DNA from: Aeromicrobium sp.
GTDB taxonomy: Bacteria > Actinomycetota > Actinomycetes > Propionibacteriales > Nocardioidaceae
Length of the DNA: 64,000 nt
NCBI GenBank assembly: GCA_040394025.1
Contig: JBEBSZ010000004.1
Span: forward strand, 38,492 to 102,491
Direction of reading: 5' to 3'
Part shown: piece by piece, positions 58,376 to 64,000 of the stretch
Layout: each line of letters begins with the position of its first letter
Numbering within the stretch: position 1 is the stretch's first letter
Program-made: the position numbers and the translations under genes
Notes under the pieces: generated by a model
Databases searched by the model: none
What the model was told of the DNA's origin: nothing
Seen by the model: only the letters and a program-made list of their open reading frames with translations

Positions 58376-58782
58376 ACGGCAGTCGCTTTCGCTTGAATCG
58401 TGAAGGAATTACCAAACATTCTCGTCAGGCTTGGTTTATTTGCGACGATTGTTACCGTAACGGTGTTCTTTGCCCTAGATTCAACTGCCGGACAAGAACT
58501 TTGCACTGCTCCGGCAGAATTTCGAACCACAATGTTTCCGGTTCCAAATGCTGGTGTGGCCGGTAAGTCCACCGCTGATCTAACCGTGTTAACTGCTTGG
58601 GCTTTGTCATGATGTAGCGCGTAGTGCCGAGCACCTGCCATCGCAGCGTTGTTAAGTTGAGTGCGGTAGTTATAGGCCATACTAAACTCGACGATTCCGA
58701 ACACCAACCCCAAAAGAATGGGAACTACCAAAGCGAATTCGACCGCAGCAGCACCACGCTCGTCATCCTTTTTCAAGAACAT
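58366..58782 (-). CDS. tadE: TadE-like pseudopilin
   Basis: ERGAAAVEFALVVPILLGLVFGIVEF. Confidence 0.85.
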   Translation of the reverse strand: MFLKKDDERGAAAVEFALVVPILLGLVFGIVEFSMAYNYRTQLNNAAMAGARHYALHHDKAQAVNTVRSAVDLPATPAFGTGNIVVRNSAGAVQSSCPAVESRAKNTVTVTIVANKPSLTRMFGNSFTIQAKATAVCM

Positions 58783-58849
58783 CGCTTAGCCCCCTCAATC
58801 CTCTTCAGTTTATTAGGAATCAATTGTCTCTCAAACCAGATAAACAATT

Positions 58850-58901
58850 CGGAGTTGCGTATCGCTGGCTTTCTTTTCTGAAAGTGCGATACGCAACTCC
58901 G
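58850..58901 (-). terminator. Strong hairpin (16-bp perfect stem) immediately after flp-1: terminator/attenuator candidate
   Basis: cggagttgcgtatcgc (58850-58865) is the exact reverse complement of gcgatacgcaactccg (58886-58901). The 20-nt loop has internal ctttc/gaaag pairing. The hairpin starts 7 nt after the flp-1 stop. Confidence 0.75.
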
Positions 58902-58907
58902 AGGTCA

Positions 58908-59096
58908 TTAGCTGAGCTTAAGCGATCCCGAGATGCGCGACCAGAAGCCATCAAGCTGGCTACCAAAGATGGTCAAGCCACCGATGATCACAAGAGCAAT
59001 GAAGGCAATGATCAGCGCATACTCAGTGGCAGTTGCACCCTTTTCTTCGCGAGGCGCGTTGAAGAAGGATGAAAGCGTGACGTAAAGATGCAACAT
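58908..59096 (-). CDS. flp: Flp-family type IVb pilin (flp-1)
   Basis: MLHLYVTLSSFFNAPREEKG/ATATEYALIIAFIALVIIG. Flp motif with the G/A processing site and EY. Confidence 0.9.
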   Translation of the reverse strand: MLHLYVTLSSFFNAPREEKGATATEYALIIAFIALVIIGGLTIFGSQLDGFWSRISGSLKLS

Positions 59097-59408
59097 ATTG
59101 GAACTCCTTGAATTTAATCTTTCATTTTTCCGGCCTCAAAGAGACCCTTTGCATGTCCAGACTCTAAACCCGGAAGTCTCAAACTTGCTATCCTTTTTGG
59201 TGAAAATAGTCGGAAATGACTCATTCGGGCTACCTTCTAAAACCCCACAGAATCACGCACTTTTCGTGAACGTCAATGACAGGACTTAGATCCCTCTCTA
59301 GAAGCTATTTATGTGTTTACCCGCGGCTGCCTTAGTAGCACAAATGATAAGTTTTTCGGCGACCTAGAAGCACGACAATACACAGGCGTTGTTCTTAAAA
59401 CCGAGGCG

Positions 59409-59591
59409 CTAAATCGATTGAATTGAGTCAGCAAGATCGACCAGTGCATCCCTGAGCCATTCACCAAAGATCGTCAAGGATCCCAAAAGCGCCAACGCGA
59501 TCAACGCTATGATCATCGCGTACTCCACAGCAGTAGCGCCACGCTCCTGAGTCTCAACAAAACCTCTCAACACATTCATAAAATGAAACAT
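59409..59591 (-). CDS. flp: Flp-family type IVb pilin (flp-2)
   Basis: MFHFMNVLRGFVETQERG/ATAVEYAMIIALIALALLG. Confidence 0.9.
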   Translation of the reverse strand: MFHFMNVLRGFVETQERGATAVEYAMIIALIALALLGSLTIFGEWLRDALVDLADSIQSI

Positions 59592-59758
59592 GGTCGCACC
59601 TTCGATCCTTGCCTTCCGAGATATTCGGATAAGAGTAACTCAAACTTGTAGGGTGAAAGGCAATCCTTTGAGCAAAATAGAAGCACAGCTTATCCAGAAC
59701 TAGGATCGTAGTGTGCCGCTCATTGACACGTAATTACTACAAATCAGGAAGTTTCGGC

Positions 59759-60835
59759 ATGACTCGAACACTGCGACCTATGGCTGCCAGTTTCACCATT
59801 TTCATAATTGCGTTCTCGATAATTTGGGCAGTGGCAGCGGGTCAGTCCGTACGTGTAACACCTGCCGAAGTAAACCCTGAAGAATCTGATTTCTATTTGT
59901 ATGTGGCAATTGCAGAACGAATGGAACTTGGAGAATCCTATTATGAAGCAGCCATTAAGGAGCAAACTGAACGTGGCTATCCGGTAGCGCCTGCGACAAC
60001 TGTTCGCACTCCAATCACCAGTTGGTTAGTGACATTGCTAGGCCCGCAGCTCGCATACGGGCTAATGCTCATTCTCATGGCTTTGGTCGTAGTCTCCGCG
60101 GTCGTTGTGTTCGAAAGGATCGCATCGAGTCGCTTCCAATGGTGGGGCTCGCTCACTTTCTTGACAACTGGCCTTGCGCTTTTCGGGAGCAGTGCGATCT
60201 ATTTCCAAGAAACCTGGGCCGTGTTGTTCATGTTTCTCAGCATTTGCATCCGTAACAAAAACTTGACTATAGCAATCGTTTTCGGCCTCATAGCCTGTGC
60301 TTTTAGAGAACTCGCGCTACCGTTTGTTTTCGCGATGAGCGCATACGAGTTTGTCTCCAAACACAAGAAAGCTGGCCTTGCATGGGCAAGTGCGGGCCTG
60401 GGATACGTAGCAATGTATATGTTTCACGTCCACGCCGTATCTGAAGCGATTGAACGCTTTGGAGACGGGAAAGTTGTCGAATCTTCCGGATGGCTAGCGC
60501 TTGGTGGCTGGCCTTTCATTATTGGGAGTGTTCGAAGTGTGAGTGTATTGTCCGCGCTCCCGCTTCTAGTTACCGCAATTTTCGTGCCGCTTGCGCTCGT
60601 CGGTTGGTTAATGGTTAAACAAGACATCGCGGTGCGGTTTTCATACGCGATCCTTGGATTTGTTGTGCCGTTCTTAGTGATCGGACGGCCAAACAACAAC
60701 TATTGGGCACTGTTATACGCACTCCTCTTGATCCCAGGACTTGCTTTTAGTCACCAAGCATTGAAATCCCTCATTAAGTCAGCCTTGAATCTCAATCAAA
60801 CCGAATCTTCCGTCGAGTCCCATGAAACTCCATAA
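59759..60835 (+). CDS. Polytopic membrane protein, GT-C-fold glycosyltransferase-like
   Basis: About 9-10 TM helices. The first extracytoplasmic loop has an Asp-containing motif (EESDFYLYVAIAERMELGESYY), as in GT-C/PimE-type enzymes. AGGAAG precedes ATG 59759. Family assignment is tentative. Confidence 0.55.
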   Translation: MTRTLRPMAASFTIFIIAFSIIWAVAAGQSVRVTPAEVNPEESDFYLYVAIAERMELGESYYEAAIKEQTERGYPVAPATTVRTPITSWLVTLLGPQLAYGLMLILMALVVVSAVVVFERIASSRFQWWGSLTFLTTGLALFGSSAIYFQETWAVLFMFLSICIRNKNLTIAIVFGLIACAFRELALPFVFAMSAYEFVSKHKKAGLAWASAGLGYVAMYMFHVHAVSEAIERFGDGKVVESSGWLALGGWPFIIGSVRSVSVLSALPLLVTAIFVPLALVGWLMVKQDIAVRFSYAILGFVVPFLVIGRPNNNYWALLYALLLIPGLAFSHQALKSLIKSALNLNQTESSVESHETP

Positions 60836-61746
60836 AGCGGTCGATTCTTGACTTGTTGGAAAATTCTCCCAACATAACTGCCGACCACGCTGAGCATGAC
60901 AATTTGAACGCCACCGACAAAAAGTATCGAAATCACGGTGAATGTCCAGCCTGGAACCGTAGACGCCGGATCAATGAGTCGGCCAGCAAAGACGTAAAGC
61001 GATCCGAAAAATGCCAGCAAAGCTATCAGTAAACCTACATTTCTGACAAACCTCAAGGGCACCGACGAAAAACCTATAACTCCACCGGCCGCGAGCGACA
61101 TCATGTCATTCCAAGAATAGCCAGACCTTCCAGTGCCTCGAGCTCGTCGGTGGAAGTCGACGAAAGTCGGGTGACAGGACAAGTATGCGAAAAGTCCACG
61201 TAGGTACCGATCTGATTCCCGATATTTCCGAATTTCGAGCACGAGCGCACGATCAATAAGCTTGAAGTCTCCAACATCGCGCGGGATCTCGACATCAGAA
61301 ATGCGGGCAAGAAACCAGTAATATGCTTTCGCAGTCAGACGCTTCAAAAGCGGATCATCGCGGCTAATTCGTCTCGCGTGTACGCAATCGAAGCCTTGCT
61401 CCCATTCATGGACTAATTCGGGAATCAGGCTAGCGGGATCTTGCAGATCGGTGTCCATAATGACCACGGCATCTCCATTAGCAATATCAAGACCAGCCGT
61501 CAGCGCCATTTGGTGTCCGTAATTTCGTAAGAGCGAAATGATTCTGACACGTGCATCTTGGTTAGCTAACTCCTTCAATATTTCCAAGGAATCGTCTTCA
61601 CTCCCGTCATCAATAAACAGGAATCCCAACGAATAATTGCCTAACCTGTTAGCGACCTCAATCAATTCTCGATAAAGCTCGCGGAGGTTTCCCGCTTCAT
61701 TGTGCACAGGGAGTAATACGTCAATCCTTGTCATTTGAATCCTCAA
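60796..61746 (-). CDS. GT2 polyprenyl-phosphate glycosyltransferase (GtrB/Ppm1/DPM1-like) with two C-terminal TM helices
   Basis: VLLPVHNEAGNL, FIDDGSEDDS, IMDTDLQDP. The C-terminus has two hydrophobic helices. Confidence 0.85.
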   Translation of the reverse strand: MRIQMTRIDVLLPVHNEAGNLRELYRELIEVANRLGNYSLGFLFIDDGSEDDSLEILKELANQDARVRIISLLRNYGHQMALTAGLDIANGDAVVIMDTDLQDPASLIPELVHEWEQGFDCVHARRISRDDPLLKRLTAKAYYWFLARISDVEIPRDVGDFKLIDRALVLEIRKYRESDRYLRGLFAYLSCHPTFVDFHRRARGTGRSGYSWNDMMSLAAGGVIGFSSVPLRFVRNVGLLIALLAFFGSLYVFAGRLIDPASTVPGWTFTVISILFVGGVQIVMLSVVGSYVGRIFQQVKNRPLYGVSWDSTEDSV

Positions 61747-63018
61747 TCACGGTGTAACTTTCAAGTAGCCCCAGCCCGCAAATACGAGCAACGCTTGACT
61801 AATCACCAGCGCAAAGATAACCACAACTTTAGAAGGAGCATCTCGCGCCCCATAAACCAATGTGATCGGCAACAAGATACTCAGTGCCAGGTACCGCGGC
61901 AACGAAGTACTAGGACCCATCAGCATTAAAAGATACGCCATATACGCCCCACCCCATGCTTGAATCTCCGGACCCAGAGAGCGGCTCCGTGCAGAAAAAA
62001 CCCAAATGGCAATCAGGATGCTGGAAAGGAACAAAAATATTGAGACGGCAAGTTTATTTTCGAATGATGTGTACCACCACGTGAATGGAACCGCGGACAT
62101 TTCAGACCCTCGCCATGCTGCTTGTGTCTGCACGTACGCATTGGGAACGCCGGTAACAGTTCCTGCAATGAGGGGCCAGACAAACGAGAGTGAAGTCCCT
62201 GCAATAAGCAGGAGACTGGTCGCTATCCAATCGCCGAGAGCCATCGACCGAAAATTACGTCCAGAAACATTCGATTGAACGGCTCTGTGGCCGACATGCC
62301 AAATCAATGCACAAACGAGCGGCAACGCGATCCCACGAGTAAATCCGGCCACTATCAAAGGCAGCAAAGCCCATACGTACTGTTGCCGAACTAAACATAA
62401 AAGGAATCCTGAGATTGCCAGTAGTGTCATAGTCTCGGGATAGGCTGCCCCAAATACCCCTGCGCCTGGAAAAGCTGCGACGCCTAGTACCGCCAAGAAT
62501 GGCAAGTCTTTTCGTTGTTCCACGAGTTTCGGCGCGGCCTCTCGCACGAGCAAATAGACAACGCAAAGAGCAAAATATCCAGCCATAAAAGACACCAATG
62601 GAGCGAGCACGTCCCAAGACAAACCGGTAAGTTGTCCCAAACTTCCGACAATTTTGGGATAGGCCGGAAAAAATGCCCAAGTGTTTTCAACCACTTCTCC
62701 AGAAACACTGTCGTGTGGCAACGTTCGTGGATAGCCTTCCCTAGCGATCTTCTCGTACCACATCCCGTCCCACCCGCGAGAAACCAACGACCACCACGTT
62801 GGGTATTCTCCCAAGTAGCCTTCAGGCCACGCGAACGGTTTTCGCCAAGCCAACCAGAAGGCTGGAAGAATCATCAAGCGAATCAGGGCGTGTGCGAAGA
62901 AAACTCCAAGCCACCAGAGACGTCCTTGAGTGAAGACTTCAATCGATTTGGCGCCTAAGCCTAAAGAAAGAACTCTTTTACGCCCTGAAACTCTCTGAAC
63001 GGAAGTCACGTCACTCAT
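61747..63018 (-). CDS. GT-C-fold membrane mannosyltransferase-like protein (PIG-V/DUF2029-like)
   Basis: WDGMWYEKIAREGYP motif after TM1, then about 10 further TM helices. It abuts the gtrB-like start with 0-nt spacing. Confidence 0.65.
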   Translation of the reverse strand: MSDVTSVQRVSGRKRVLSLGLGAKSIEVFTQGRLWWLGVFFAHALIRLMILPAFWLAWRKPFAWPEGYLGEYPTWWSLVSRGWDGMWYEKIAREGYPRTLPHDSVSGEVVENTWAFFPAYPKIVGSLGQLTGLSWDVLAPLVSFMAGYFALCVVYLLVREAAPKLVEQRKDLPFLAVLGVAAFPGAGVFGAAYPETMTLLAISGFLLCLVRQQYVWALLPLIVAGFTRGIALPLVCALIWHVGHRAVQSNVSGRNFRSMALGDWIATSLLLIAGTSLSFVWPLIAGTVTGVPNAYVQTQAAWRGSEMSAVPFTWWYTSFENKLAVSIFLFLSSILIAIWVFSARSRSLGPEIQAWGGAYMAYLLMLMGPSTSLPRYLALSILLPITLVYGARDAPSKVVVIFALVISQALLVFAGWGYLKVTP

Positions 63019-63856
63019 GGCGTCTTCCTAAGTGTTCAAGAGCCGGTAGAGCCAAATAAACCAAACGACGCAAGACTGCAGTTCGATACGCATGGAACTT
63101 GCCAAGAACAACGTCAAATCTCGAAAGCCCTAGTTTTTCTCGCGCAAATTCAATCTCGACAAATTCGCTGAACTCATTCGCCTGTCGCTTCCGTAAGCGC
63201 AGACTCCATTGAGTCCGTAGCACCCGAAATTGGGCCCCCACTGCTAGATCAGGAACAAATTCGCCAAGCTCCAGCACACGCGCATAGGTTGCGAGATCGA
63301 TAAGGAAAGACCAGCGATCGTCCCAACCTCCTGCCCGCCGAAAGGCTTCAGTTCTCATCAAGACACACGCGGGTTCGCCAAAAAGATTCGTGCCGCTCCG
63401 CAAACTAACTCTCACGGCCTCGCGACCCGCCGAGGGTTCACTTAAACCTTTTAAACCACGAGCTTTAAAGAGACTCACTCCGCGATGCGAGACCACATCG
63501 CGGCGACACGCAGTGAGCACGACTTGAGGAGCGTCTTGAAGAATTTCCACTTGTCGGGCCAACATGCCAGGAAGCAAAGTGTCGTCTTGGCAAACTAACT
63601 TAATAAATTCCCCCGACGCACTTTCACTAACGTGATTCCAGTTTGCTGCCGCACCCAGTCGCTTGGGGCCATTCAAGATCACAGTTCTCGGATCGTTCCG
63701 GAATTCGTTCACGATCTCGAGGGTGGAATCACTCGAGTTTTGATCGGAGATGATCACTTCAAAGTCAATCTCGTCTTGACCAAGAACGCTTTCGAGTGTG
63801 GCCCGAATAGTACTCGCACCATTGAAAGTCGGAATAACGATTGAGACCAGCGGCAT
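63011..63856 (-). CDS. GT2-family glycosyltransferase
   Basis: VSIVIPTFNGASTIRATLESVLGQ, ISDQNSSDST, CQDDTL (DxD-like). Confidence 0.85.
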   Translation of the reverse strand: MPLVSIVIPTFNGASTIRATLESVLGQDEIDFEVIISDQNSSDSTLEIVNEFRNDPRTVILNGPKRLGAAANWNHVSESASGEFIKLVCQDDTLLPGMLARQVEILQDAPQVVLTACRRDVVSHRGVSLFKARGLKGLSEPSAGREAVRVSLRSGTNLFGEPACVLMRTEAFRRAGGWDDRWSFLIDLATYARVLELGEFVPDLAVGAQFRVLRTQWSLRLRKRQANEFSEFVEIEFAREKLGLSRFDVVLGKFHAYRTAVLRRLVYLALPALEHLGRRHE

Positions 63857-64000
63857 TTCTTAAGCCACACCTTTCTCAATAAGACTTTTCTTTTGCGTGC
63901 GGTTCCGGCCGACCCTGCCATTGTGCCTCATAAAGACGACCCAGTGCCCCGAATGTTTGATACCGAAGTTCACGCCCTACCGATACGAGGAAACTCTAAA

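Noticed and set aside
63857-64000. Possible gene entering from the right edge
   Set aside because: All three minus-strand frames contain a stop within the last ~35 nt (63969-71, 63976-78, 63995-97). Only a short plus-strand ATG (63952) is present, which is too little sequence to call.

Overview
The window looks like a chromosomal segment of a moderate-GC actinobacterium (Micrococcales-like). I saw no rRNA, tRNA, CRISPR array, transposase or integrase. Most genes are conserved housekeeping genes. From memory, their order parallels several Mycobacterium tuberculosis neighbourhoods: moeZ/TetR/DUF3107/rhlE/parA-like; OMT/sigE/tatB/mrp/DUF1003/MgtE-N-CBS; dapE/LOG; and pncB/clpS/mec-cysO-cysM/rph/rdgB. 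Three parts look accessory. (1) 1-9030 is a polymorphic-toxin locus. It holds a Sec-signal 2331-aa Rhs/YD-repeat protein whose roughly 147-aa C-terminal tip has no Asp, Glu or His and carries a small-xxx-small hydrophobic hairpin. Two translationally coupled small membrane proteins (candidate immunity) follow it, then an orphan rhs C-terminal cassette that shares a roughly 0.54 kb recombination arm with the main gene. This is my best candidate for an undescribed system, namely a membrane-active Rhs effector with membrane immunity. (2) 40.7-41.3 kb is an addiction-module antitoxin plus ParE/RelE toxin pair in which the toxin is frameshifted. (3) 50.1-63.9 kb is a surface-structure island. It has an LtaS-family enzyme and a complete Gram-positive-type Tad/Flp pilus operon (two flp pilins, no prepilin peptidase in the window). 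Next to these is a polyprenyl-phosphate-sugar glycosylation cluster with a GtrB-like GT2, two GT-C membrane transferases and another GT2. Smaller points are listed in the findings: a DEAD-box helicase with no canonical start codon upstream of its Q motif, an unlisted DUF3117 micro-ORF, CysO ending in GG-Cys next to a JAMM protease, a perfect palindromic operator at a BVMO/VKOR divergent promoter, and several hairpins. All calls rest on reading the translations and DNA by eye. No database search was run.
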